A stretch of DNA of 64,000 nt from Syntrophales bacterium. Its GTDB lineage: Bacteria; Desulfobacterota; Syntrophia; Syntrophales; UBA2210. The DNA lies in NCBI GenBank assembly GCA_963662405.2, contig CAXXKT010000001.1, positions 1,792,001 to 1,856,000 of the forward strand, in the 5' to 3' direction. Each line of letters begins with the position of its first letter. Position 1 is the first letter of the stretch. Both the position numbers and the translations under genes were made by a program. A model generated the notes under the pieces. That model searched no databases and had not been told where the DNA came from. It saw only the letters and a list, made by a program, of their open reading frames with translations. Positions 30,859 to 40,036 of this stretch are shown here, piece after piece.

Positions 30859-31713
30859 ATGGCTATCTATCCGGATACTGCCCTTGTGGTCGAGGGGGGC
30901 GCCATGCGGGGCGTCTTTTCCACGGGGCTCCTGGACGGTTTCCTGGAGCGGGGATTCGATCCGTTCGCCATGGGGGTTGGTGTCTCCGCCGGGGCGGGAA
31001 ACCTGGCCGCCTACCGGGCACGGATGCACGGCCGGAACCTCAGGATCTACACCGACTATTCCCTGCGTCCCGAATTTATGAATCTGGGGCGCTTCCTCCA
31101 CGGCGGCCATCTGATGGATCTTGACTGGCTGTGGCGGACCACCATCGCCGAGCTCCGTCTCGACCTGGACACCATCTACGCTGATCTCGGCAGGCCCTTG
31201 ATTGTCTGTCTCACCGATGTCGGCACGGGAGAGGCGGTCTACCGGAGGACCGAGGCCGCTGATCTTGAACCCCTTCTGAAGGCCTCCAGCGCCATGCCGA
31301 TCCTCTACCGCACATTTCCCCGGATCGACGGCCGTCCCATGGCCGATGGGGGGCTGGTGGATCCCCTCCCCGTGGGGGAGGCGATCCGCCGGGGAGCCCA
31401 TCGTATCATGGTGATCCGTTCCCGCCCCCGCGGCTACCAAAAAAAAGAGAACCTCCTCCAGCACATCCTGAACTGGCAGCTGCGTCGCTTTACACTCCTG
31501 AAACAGGCAATGGCGGGCCGCGTCAAGCGATATAATGAGATGGTTGATCTCATTCGCCGGCCCCCGCCGGGCGTATCGATTACCGAGATCTGTCCCCCCG
31601 ATGGATTCCGCTCGTCGCGCCTCAGCCGTGACCCCCGGATTCTCCACGAAGGATACGAGCAGGGGCGCGCCCTTGCCGATGAGGCTATCGCCGCGTGGGA
31701 ACGGAACTCTTGA
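30859..31713 (+). CDS. Patatin-family phospholipase
   Basis: EGGAMRG, GVSAG, DGG motifs. Confidence 0.9.
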   Translation: MAIYPDTALVVEGGAMRGVFSTGLLDGFLERGFDPFAMGVGVSAGAGNLAAYRARMHGRNLRIYTDYSLRPEFMNLGRFLHGGHLMDLDWLWRTTIAELRLDLDTIYADLGRPLIVCLTDVGTGEAVYRRTEAADLEPLLKASSAMPILYRTFPRIDGRPMADGGLVDPLPVGEAIRRGAHRIMVIRSRPRGYQKKENLLQHILNWQLRRFTLLKQAMAGRVKRYNEMVDLIRRPPPGVSITEICPPDGFRSSRLSRDPRILHEGYEQGRALADEAIAAWERNS

Positions 31714-34081
31714 ACCATCTCCGGTAGACAGCCGCCGCCAGGAGGTAGAGCATCAGGGCGGTGATGACCACCGACCGGAAACCCCAACCAATGGCGACAA
31801 GGACGGCCGCCGACGCCCCGATGACGGAGAGGAACCCGTTGATCCCCCACGCCCATGGGATGAGGGGGGCACTATTCCCCGTAAGACGGTCCAGACCGGC
31901 GGGGAAGGGGACCCCCATCGGGAGGGCAAGAGGGGCGATCATGAGGCTGCAGACCACCATGCGAGCCCCCAGCGGAAGGGCAAAGAGCATCCTCTTCAGC
32001 AATGGATCGGCGATGAGGTAGAGGGTTGCGACCACCGCGATCCAGAGGACGGCGATCATGACCTGTCTCTGTGTGCCGATTTTTCCGGCAATCAGACTCC
32101 CAAGCCCCGAATAGACCAGGAAGGAGCCGATGACGACGATGGCGGAGAAGACGGGGTCGTACAGATACCGGATGAACTGCTGGAGACACGCCATCTCCAG
32201 GAGCATATAGGCCAGGCCGAGGGAACCGAAATAGAGCAAGACGGGGACCTTCCCGCGCGTTTTCTCCCCGCCTATCCCGATGGGAAGGATAATCAGGGTC
32301 AGACTCAGGATGGCCAGAACCACGAGGGCCGTCCAGAGGAGGAGGTACCCCCAGTCGATCAGGGCAATCGAGACCCGCCCGTAGGGGATGAGATACTTTT
32401 TAATGATATCCTTCTTGAAGGTATGGGAGAAGAAGGGGCGGTCGTCGGTGGCGGGGCGGACGAAGAAAGGGTACGCGTCGTAGAAGCGCTGTCTCTCTCC
32501 CGCGAGAAGCCGTGTCGCGGCGGTGAAGAAATAACTCTCGTCGAGCCGGTTGACGAGATTCGTCTCCTCACGTGTGATCCCGGGGTAGTAGCAGAGGTCG
32601 AAGAGGCGCTCCCTGCAGAAGATTTTCACGGTTTCTAGCTGTTCCGGTGTGAAGGGGCCCTCCTTGACCAGGATGGTCGCCGTCTGCCAGCTCCTGATCA
32701 TGACGATCGACCCGCAGGCCTTTGCGGGCCCGAGGGCGGCGATCGCCGTTGCCAAGATCTTGATCGAGTCGCGGGGCGGATTCTTGATCCACCGCGATAT
32801 GCAGAGGATACCTCCCGGCGCAAGCCGCTCCCGTGCGGTCCGGAGGGCGTCGGTCGTGAAAAGGTAGTTTTCATTCAGCGAGTAAACACCCGCCGCGGCA
32901 GACTCCATCGATTCGAGGAGGCTCATCTGGATCAGATCGAACCGCTTCTCCGTCCGTTCCAGGTATCCCCGGCCGTCCTCGACTATGATCCGGGCGCGTG
33001 TCGGGTCGTAGAGGCCACCACTGAAGGCGCGGTACTCTCCCTGCATGAGGCGAACGATCTCCCGGTTCATCTCCACAATGGCTATCTCCCGCGACCCGTG
33101 GTGGCGGGCGCTGATGACCTCCGTCCCCCCACCCCCACCGATGACGAGGACCGAAGGCCTGTCCAGAAAACAGTAGGGGAGGGAAGTCGTACGCCATTCC
33201 ATAGAACGCGTATCACCGCCGGTTGCGTTGATCGCTCCAGCCATGTCTCCGTTCAGGAAGAGGCCCTTCTGCTCGGGCAGGTCGAAGGGACAATTCAGAC
33301 TCAGGTCCGGGAGGTAGTGGTACACAGGGCTGCCCAGGACGGTGACGAGACCGAGGGGACCGAAGACCTCCGTCTCTACCCTCGCCCCCGCCTGGCTCCG
33401 GGCAACGGAGAGGTCTTTGAATTCGCTCATCCCCACCGGCCTGCCGTGCAGGAAGGTGAAATAGAAGGGTATCGTTGCGATCAATGCGATTGTCGTGACG
33501 ACAATCCCCCCGCGGCCCTCCGCTGCCGCAAGAGAGGCGCAGAGGATGATCAGCGAGAGGATCAGGATAATCTCGTACGGTCCCAGGCCGAAGAAGGAGA
33601 GAAGGATCGGGAGGGTCCCGACGCCCGAGCCGGCCAGATTGGCGAAGTAGATCCGGTGGATCTCGCCGGTACAGACCGCGAGACTGAGGTCCACGCACAG
33701 GGCGCCGATAAAGAAGGGAACCAGGAGGGAAAGGCTCAGGGCGAGGAGACCGAGCACCTCCCGTGGCTCCCAGATGATCATCAACGGGTTGAAGGCGATC
33801 ACCTCTCCCAGGAAGACGGAGCCCCAGAGGGCGATGACCAGCACGAAGGGAACACAATACAGGATTGTCTTGAAATGTCGCTCCAGCCACTCACGGAAGA
33901 GGAAGATAAACGAACCGCTCGCCCCGAAGCCGATCAGGGCGATACTGACGATCAGGGAGGCAAAGTGGTGCCAGTAGCGGATGGCAAAAATCTTGAAAAG
34001 GAGGATCTCATAGGCGATCAGGGCGGCCGAGACGAGGAATACGACGGTCTGGACCCGTCTGATGGAGAGGGAGGAATCCAT
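31685..34081 (-). CDS. Polytopic membrane protein with central spermidine-synthase-like SAM-binding domain
   Basis: N- and C-terminal TM bundles; 'VLVIGGGGG', 'EDGRGYL', 'PATDDRPFF', 'WAWGING'. Confidence 0.8.
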   Translation of the reverse strand: MDSSLSIRRVQTVVFLVSAALIAYEILLFKIFAIRYWHHFASLIVSIALIGFGASGSFIFLFREWLERHFKTILYCVPFVLVIALWGSVFLGEVIAFNPLMIIWEPREVLGLLALSLSLLVPFFIGALCVDLSLAVCTGEIHRIYFANLAGSGVGTLPILLSFFGLGPYEIILILSLIILCASLAAAEGRGGIVVTTIALIATIPFYFTFLHGRPVGMSEFKDLSVARSQAGARVETEVFGPLGLVTVLGSPVYHYLPDLSLNCPFDLPEQKGLFLNGDMAGAINATGGDTRSMEWRTTSLPYCFLDRPSVLVIGGGGGTEVISARHHGSREIAIVEMNREIVRLMQGEYRAFSGGLYDPTRARIIVEDGRGYLERTEKRFDLIQMSLLESMESAAAGVYSLNENYLFTTDALRTARERLAPGGILCISRWIKNPPRDSIKILATAIAALGPAKACGSIVMIRSWQTATILVKEGPFTPEQLETVKIFCRERLFDLCYYPGITREETNLVNRLDESYFFTAATRLLAGERQRFYDAYPFFVRPATDDRPFFSHTFKKDIIKKYLIPYGRVSIALIDWGYLLLWTALVVLAILSLTLIILPIGIGGEKTRGKVPVLLYFGSLGLAYMLLEMACLQQFIRYLYDPVFSAIVVIGSFLVYSGLGSLIAGKIGTQRQVMIAVLWIAVVATLYLIADPLLKRMLFALPLGARMVVCSLMIAPLALPMGVPFPAGLDRLTGNSAPLIPWAWGINGFLSVIGASAAVLVAIGWGFRSVVITALMLYLLAAAVYRRWFKSSVPTRR

Positions 34082-34084
34082 GGG

Positions 34085-34807
34085 TTATTCATGACTCCCG
34101 GTGAGGGGGACGAAGCGCACCGCCATCAGGTTTTGGGTGGTGATCCTCCCGGTCCGGTCCTTTTCCACGAGGACAAGACTCTGGACCATAAAGGGACCGC
34201 CGACCGGGATCACCATTCTCCCCCCCGGTTTGAGCTGCCTCAGGAGGAGGGGCGGGATGTGCCCGGCCGCGGCGGTCACGATGATCGCGTCGAAGGGGGC
34301 ATGTTCTTCCCAGCCGTAGTAGCCGTCGGCATGCCTGACCGTGACGTTGGTATACCCCAGATCCTCCAGCCGGTGTGCGGCCGTCTTCGCGAGCTGGGGT
34401 ATGATCTCGATTGTGTAAACGCTCTTCGCAACGGCCGAGAGGACCGCGGCCTGGTACCCCGACCCCGTTCCGATTTCGAGGACCGTGCTCTCCCTGCTTA
34501 CCCCGACGATCTCCGTCATATACGCCACGATATACGGTTGAGAGATGGTCTGCCCGAAACCGATGGGGAGGGGCGTATCGTCGTATGCCTCGGCCACTAA
34601 TCTCTCGGGGACGAACCGGTGGCGGGGGACGGTGCTCATCGCCAGGAGGACCTCGTGGTTCGTGACCCCCCGCCGGGCGATCTGATATTTCACCATTCGC
34701 TCCCGCATGGACGCAAAGGCGGTCTCATCCGGCTCCGCTGCGGGTACATCCCCCGTAATGAGTAGTATCAGGAGCAGTATGACGCCTGTCGTTCGAATCA
34801 TATGCAT
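34085..34807 (-). CDS. pcm: Protein-L-isoaspartate O-methyltransferase with N-terminal signal-like peptide
   Basis: 'VPRHRFVP', 'GQTISQP', 'VLEIGTGSGYQAA', 'VRFVPL'. Confidence 0.93.
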   Translation of the reverse strand: MHMIRTTGVILLLILLITGDVPAAEPDETAFASMRERMVKYQIARRGVTNHEVLLAMSTVPRHRFVPERLVAEAYDDTPLPIGFGQTISQPYIVAYMTEIVGVSRESTVLEIGTGSGYQAAVLSAVAKSVYTIEIIPQLAKTAAHRLEDLGYTNVTVRHADGYYGWEEHAPFDAIIVTAAAGHIPPLLLRQLKPGGRMVIPVGGPFMVQSLVLVEKDRTGRITTQNLMAVRFVPLTGSHE

Positions 34808-35011
34808 CGGTTTGTGGTGGGTCGCGCTGTTAGCCCCGCTTTATATCCGTCACGGGAAGGAGAGAAGATGCGTGCTGCGCTGAACGATTGTAGTCGATGG
34901 GCGGGGGGAGTTTGAACCTGATGACCAGTATAACGCGTACGGTCGTTATTTCAAGTCATAAAAAGGCGACCTGACGGCGAAGCCGATTCACTTTTGTTTC
35001 GAAATTACGTA

Positions 35012-35040
35012 TTGACAAACAAATATCCCCCTCCTATACT
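35012..35040 (+). promoter_or_regulatory. Sigma70-like promoter
   Basis: TTGACA - 17 bp - TATACT upstream of ATG 35102. Confidence 0.65.
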
Positions 35041-35101
35041 CCCCTTCCTTAAAGAAAGGCCGTTATTAAGGATGGCCTCTGAACAGTTGAAGGAGTTATT
35101 C

Positions 35102-35746
35102 ATGGATGAATATTCACAAGCCACCGCTGCCATAGAATCCCAGCATCCGCTGATCGTGGCGAAGGCCGGCGAAGTGGTAGGGGATTCAGCCACGGATCGT
35201 GACAAGGTGGTACGCCTCTTTGCATTCGTGCGCGACCGGATTCCCTATAACCTCTTTATGATCTCGATGCACCCGGACGATTTTCGGGCGTCATTCATAC
35301 TGGAGTCGCAGAAGGGGTACTGCGTACAGAAGGCCGTCTTGCTGTGCGCCCTTGCCCGGGCAGTCGGGGTCCCCTCCCGACTGGTACTGGCACGGATCCG
35401 CAACCATCGCGTTCCTCCCGCGCTTCGAGCCCGTCTGGGGCGCAACGAATTTCCCGGTCACGGCTACAATCAGTTCTACATCGACGACCGCTGGGTATCC
35501 GCGGCCGCCACCTTCGACGCCGCCCTGTGCGCACGGATCGGTGTGCCGGTGGTGGAATTCGACGGTTACAAAGACGCTACCTTGCCGGATAAGGGCCTGG
35601 ACGGAGAGCCATATATCGAGTATCTTGAGCAATACGGGTACTTCGCCGACCTCCCTCTCGATTTTATCACCGAGCGTACCTCAAAGATCTGGGGATGGGA
35701 GAAACGCTCCTGGCTCCGTCCCGAGGATGATACCGGTTTCCCGTGA
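35102..35746 (+). CDS. Transglutaminase-like family protein
   Basis: 'GYCVQKAVLLCALARAVGVPSR', 'HGY', 'W...TFD'; AAGGAG RBS. Confidence 0.85.
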   Translation: MDEYSQATAAIESQHPLIVAKAGEVVGDSATDRDKVVRLFAFVRDRIPYNLFMISMHPDDFRASFILESQKGYCVQKAVLLCALARAVGVPSRLVLARIRNHRVPPALRARLGRNEFPGHGYNQFYIDDRWVSAAATFDAALCARIGVPVVEFDGYKDATLPDKGLDGEPYIEYLEQYGYFADLPLDFITERTSKIWGWEKRSWLRPEDDTGFP

Positions 35747-35812
35747 GTTAGAGACCTTGCGATTTGTGAAGGATGTGCGCTATTGAAAGTCCCTGCCGGT
35801 GCGGATCGCCGG

Positions 35813-36793
35813 TCAGCCGGTGTGCTGTGCCTGTAGGTGTCCCTCGGGCTTTGCCCCGTCGGAGGTCTGTCGCTGAAGGGGCTCTGCCGTCACCCCGTTC
35901 TTCAGGAGATACCCTTTCAGTCCGCGGATGCTGTTACCGATGAATTCCTCCTCCCTGACCTTGATGTCGTCCGGGAGGAGAGGATAGCTCTGCATGCAGG
36001 GGTCCTGGGCAAGGATATCGTTAAAAACGTCTTCCTCGCTGAATTCCCCATTCCTCCGGAGACGTGTTTCCATGATGTCGAGCCAGAGGGGGATCTGCGC
36101 TCGGGCGTGCCGGAACAGGTTTTCAGGGTCGCGCCGGAGCCCGTAGTGGGCGAAGCAGACCGTTGCAATGTCGAGAGAGGCAAGCTTCTCGAAAGAGTCG
36201 CGCTGTATCTCAAGGTTGAAGACGGGCGGTGTGGCCGGACGCAGGTACAGGCCCTCCCCGACGGGGCAGGTAACGCCGATGGTTTCACCCGCGAAGAGAC
36301 AGTCCCCTTTCAGAAAAGACAGGTGGTGGGGTGAGTGCCCCGGCGTCTGAAGGACCTTGACCGGCCCGGTCTCCAGTTCTATCGTTTCGTGAAAGGCAAC
36401 ACGCTCTTCCGAAATCGAGGCGATATTTCCGTACAGCTCCGCGACGGACCCCAGGACCTCCTGCGATGCCTTCCACAGTTTTTCCGGGTGCACTACATGG
36501 GTGATACCCTTTGGGTGACAGACGACCTTAGTTCCGGGATAGTCATCCATGATGAGTCCCGCTCCCCCGGCGTGATCGATGTGGATGTGTGTCAGCAGGA
36601 TGTACGATATTTTTGTGACCCCCAGCCTTCTCAGGGCCTCTTTCAGGACGGGGATCGTCGACCGAGGGCCGGGATCGATGAGGATGACCCCGCCCTTTTC
36701 GCGAATCACCCAGCTGCTGATGAAGTACCGGAACCCCTCCCGGGGCTGGTCAAGGTCGATGAGAAACAGACTGTCGCCGCAATCGTGAAGCAT
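35813..36793 (-). CDS. MBL-fold metallo-hydrolase
   Basis: THIHIDHAGG, TPGHSPHH. Confidence 0.9.
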   Translation of the reverse strand: MLHDCGDSLFLIDLDQPREGFRYFISSWVIREKGGVILIDPGPRSTIPVLKEALRRLGVTKISYILLTHIHIDHAGGAGLIMDDYPGTKVVCHPKGITHVVHPEKLWKASQEVLGSVAELYGNIASISEERVAFHETIELETGPVKVLQTPGHSPHHLSFLKGDCLFAGETIGVTCPVGEGLYLRPATPPVFNLEIQRDSFEKLASLDIATVCFAHYGLRRDPENLFRHARAQIPLWLDIMETRLRRNGEFSEEDVFNDILAQDPCMQSYPLLPDDIKVREEEFIGNSIRGLKGYLLKNGVTAEPLQRQTSDGAKPEGHLQAQHTG

Positions 36794-37045
36794 GGAGGGC
36801 CTTTCTGATGTGTCCCGCGCGTGATATCGTTCTGTGAAGAACGAACAGTGCCCCTATAACACGTGTCGGGAAGGCAGACAAGGCCGACTTCCAAAAACTG
36901 TGTGGGTTTTTGATGGAGAGCAGGATACCTCCCGCAATTTTCAAACTTCCGCCGGGCTTTGTTTGAAAAAAATCGTTTTTGTTCGTTGTATGTTTGTTGA
37001 AATTATTTGAGAGTCAGGTGGTTATAATTTCACTGAATATTTCTT

Positions 37046-37078
37046 TTGATAATCATTTGATAATCATTTGATAATCAT
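37046..37078. repeat. Tandem repeat, 3 x TTGATAATCAT
   Basis: Three exact 11-bp copies read directly from the sequence. Confidence 0.9.
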
Positions 37079-37126
37079 TAACGTCGCCATCTGCCGCGGC
37101 ACGTCGGCAGTATGGCATTGTTGGGT
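37076..37126 (-). mobile_element. attC-like integron recombination site (short, 51 bp)
   Basis: Minus strand ACCCAAC-aat-GCCAT-a-CTGCCG-loop-CGGCAG-ATGGC-gac-GTTAATG: RYYYAAC...GTT ends and a stem with one extrahelical base, 25 bp after the kinase stop. Confidence 0.6.
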
Positions 37127-37151
37127 TCTGGTTATCTAATTGTGCAGACGG

Positions 37152-38744
37152 TCATGCGGTTGTCTCTGGTGAGTCCGGTTCCACAAAGTGATCCCTTGCG
37201 CTGATCCAGCGCTTGCGTAAACTCTCCAACTGGGGTTCCTGGGGCACTAATTTCCGGACTTCGTCCAACAGATTACAGGCTTGGGAGTACCGCCCCGCCA
37301 GCCACGCTCTGCTCGCGTCGTTCAAAACACGACATGCTTGGATCACTTTACCCCCATCGTCAACCTGCTCTTTCATTTGCCCGTCATAGGCACCCAATAG
37401 CCGTAGCCGTTCAATACTGGTGTTGAGGATTTCCGCCTTCGCCTCAACGTCACTGAAGAGCTTCTTGGGTTCCGGGTCCCAAAATGAGAAAGAAGGCCAT
37501 AGGCAGTCCGCTGTGATGCTCTCGTGGTGGCCTAGGACGAACCTGACGACCAATCTGGACGCTTCGACCAGTAGATCCGTGTCCTCTCGGGTGCAGTCCT
37601 TCCTGCACATTCGGTGAAGCGCTTTCGACAGGTGGTGCACACGAAGAGTGCTTTCGAGAGAAGCCACGCCCGCTTCTACCGTGTCTTTGAGGCGTTTTCT
37701 AATGTCTGCTTGTACGGACTCTCGTTGGCCAGGTATTACGGCAAGTCTCAACTGTCTGCCAATTTCATCTTCTAACTCACAGTATGTAGAGAGGTAATCG
37801 AAATATCTAAAGAGGAGTTCGAGTTGTTCAAGAGTGTTGGGGTTTAATGTCTTAAGGATACTCGCCAGTCGATCGTAACAACGCTGAAACGGGGGACGCT
37901 TACTTGGGTCAGCAGCCAACATTTGTGTTACCAAACTCACCAGTTCTTGAGCCTGGGGGACTACTTGTGCAGGAGCAAAATGTCTTTCCCCTTCAATGGT
38001 CCATTTCTTCAGCTTTGAGCCTTTCCATTTCCACACCTTTGGACCTGAGCCTTTCACTGCAGGATGATAGCCCTGATACAGCTCTGCGATCACCAGCCCT
38101 ACCCCGAATATGTCAGGAGCGAATGCGTCGTACAATTTGGCGTCATGCTGTTCGGGACCTTTGTAAGCATTGCTTCCACCCAAATGGCTGTCGTGCCAAG
38201 CGTTTGCAACCCCAAAGTCTGCAATTCGGACGGAGTACTTCACCGAGGGATCAACACCCGGAGGTGGAAACCCTTGGAATTTCCGACTCAGGTCTATGTA
38301 AAGCAGATTCTCGGGTTTCACGTCTTGATGGTGTTCCATGCCACGATTATTCGCAACTATCATTCCCTTCACTATCTGCAAAGCCAGGCAAACCACACCT
38401 GTCAGACTTTGTTCTTGTCCCACCAACCTGCTGAGGTCGCCATCACAATACGGCATACAGATTAGCGGAACACCATCCCAGCTTTCGACGAAGATCGGCT
38501 TGATTACAAGCGGATGGCCCGCAAAATGGAACCAGCTTCGAGCCTCCCGCTCGATCCGTTCGGTGTCAATGGAAACGTTGCTTTCGAATTCCTGGATGGT
38601 CTTATAGGCGACGCGTTTGGGATAGACGTTCTGTTTGTGTTCGACAATATAGATCAATCCACCTCTTCCTTTCCGCCGCTCTATTACCTTGCCCTTGAAG
38701 ACCGTCATCTCTAGCAACGTCTGAGTGTGCTTATTCCAAGGCAT
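37152..38744 (-). CDS. Hanks-type Ser/Thr protein kinase with helical C-terminal region
   Basis: 'GRGGLIY', 'VAYK', 'HQDVKPENLL', 'IADFG', 'YKGPE', 'DIFGVG'; start 38744 (AAAGGA RBS) or 38822; visibly AT-richer than host genes. Confidence 0.88.
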   Translation of the reverse strand: MPWNKHTQTLLEMTVFKGKVIERRKGRGGLIYIVEHKQNVYPKRVAYKTIQEFESNVSIDTERIEREARSWFHFAGHPLVIKPIFVESWDGVPLICMPYCDGDLSRLVGQEQSLTGVVCLALQIVKGMIVANNRGMEHHQDVKPENLLYIDLSRKFQGFPPPGVDPSVKYSVRIADFGVANAWHDSHLGGSNAYKGPEQHDAKLYDAFAPDIFGVGLVIAELYQGYHPAVKGSGPKVWKWKGSKLKKWTIEGERHFAPAQVVPQAQELVSLVTQMLAADPSKRPPFQRCYDRLASILKTLNPNTLEQLELLFRYFDYLSTYCELEDEIGRQLRLAVIPGQRESVQADIRKRLKDTVEAGVASLESTLRVHHLSKALHRMCRKDCTREDTDLLVEASRLVVRFVLGHHESITADCLWPSFSFWDPEPKKLFSDVEAKAEILNTSIERLRLLGAYDGQMKEQVDDGGKVIQACRVLNDASRAWLAGRYSQACNLLDEVRKLVPQEPQLESLRKRWISARDHFVEPDSPETTA

Positions 38745-38825
38745 GTGACTAATTCCTTTTAATCCTGTGTGACAGGAAGTCAGTGCCCTTGAGTAGGCGG
38801 GTATCTGCATCTTCGTTTGCATGAT

Positions 38826-38995
38826 GCCCAACCTGCTTATATAGTTTCTGTATAAAAACCGAACACATCGATTTCACCGTATAAAACCCCTCGAAGACTT
38901 GTTAAGGATACCGTCGTATGCAATTGCCATAGGTACACATCTATAGAAATCTCCCATTTATGAGGGGGTGTTATGCGGAAACCGCATAATACCCC
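38826..38995 (-). mobile_element. attI-like region: GTTGGGC core plus related 19-bp palindromic boxes
   Basis: Minus-strand GTTGGGC at 38832-38826; TTATATAGTTTCTGTATAA (38837-38855); TTATGCGGAAACCGCATAA (38971-38989); half-site CCGTATAA at about 38877. Confidence 0.45.
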
Positions 38996-39409
38996 TTTTC
39001 GAGGGGTGCAGTCATGATATTAATCCGGCAGTTCACGAAAAACAAAAGCCCCATCTCTCGTTTTGAGAAACCGGGCTTTGATGACCAGACCATAATCACT
39101 CCCATGGCTATAGCTGTTTACAAGCAGTTGAAAATTGCATAGAGATCAAAACTAATAGGCAAATAACGCTATGATGATGTGTTGTCAAGAGATTTTGCCG
39201 GGGAATTAAGAGGACGTAACACCTGATCCCCAACCTTTCATACGCGAGAACCTACGATCTTCAGGAATCCAGAGAGAACAATGACGATTGTGTCTCATCG
39301 GCAAATTAATGAAAAAAAGAGAAACAACAGCGCTCCTGATTAAGAAATGAAATATTTCATACCCTGTGCTATAAATCTTGCAACGCAGTACTGAGGGAGG
39401 GCTTCAAAG

Positions 39410-39619
39410 ATGACCAGAGAATTCAATGTGGTAATCGAACGTGATGAAGACGGTTATTTTGTCGCGTCCGTCCCCGAGTTGCGGGGATGTCATACTCAGG
39501 CCAAATCTCTCGATACGCTGATGGAACGTGTGGAAGAGGCCATAGATCTCTGTTTTGAGGTCGAGGAACCTGTATCGAACGAATTCATCGGTATTCAGCG
39601 TGTCGCCATCTCCTCATGA
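39410..39619 (+). CDS. hicB: HicB-family antitoxin
   Basis: 'VVIERDEDGYFVASVPELRGCHTQA'. Confidence 0.9.
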   Translation: MTREFNVVIERDEDGYFVASVPELRGCHTQAKSLDTLMERVEEAIDLCFEVEEPVSNEFIGIQRVAISS

Positions 39620-39840
39620 GTAAATTCCCTCCGCTTACCGGGTCCCAACTTGTCAAGGCCCTTCGAAAACATGGTTTTGAAGTGATCCGAACAAAGGGCA
39701 GTCACCATTTCCTGCGTTATCCTGATGGTAGGAGAACCGTCATACCGGTGCATCGCGGTGAGGCGATCGGGTGCGGACTCCTCGCTCCAATCCTGCGGGA
39801 TTGCGAACTTTCCCGGGACAAGTTTCAGGGACTTCTTTGA
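39616..39840 (+). CDS. hicA: HicA-family toxin
   Basis: 'GFEVIRTKGSH', 'TVIPVH'; ATGA overlap with hicB. Confidence 0.9.
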   Translation: MSKFPPLTGSQLVKALRKHGFEVIRTKGSHHFLRYPDGRRTVIPVHRGEAIGCGLLAPILRDCELSRDKFQGLL

Positions 39841-40036
39841 AAAAAAGTAGCAACATTCAACTCATCTTCTGACACCTCTTCAACCCCGGTCTTGTCATTC
39901 CTTGGGATAAGAGGCATAATAGGCTATCCTACAGATTACAGGCTCAGATCGAACGCGAAGCGGATTCTGACCTCACCGTGCCGGACCGTATAACAACGAT
40001 ACCTCCGCTCCAACGGCGGTAGAAAGGAAACAGGAG

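Noticed and set aside
37046..37078. CRISPR array
   Set aside because: 11-bp units without spacers and no cas genes.
39410..39840. hicBA as a second integron cassette
   Set aside because: No attC-like hairpin was found on either side, and it lies on the far side of the attI-like region.
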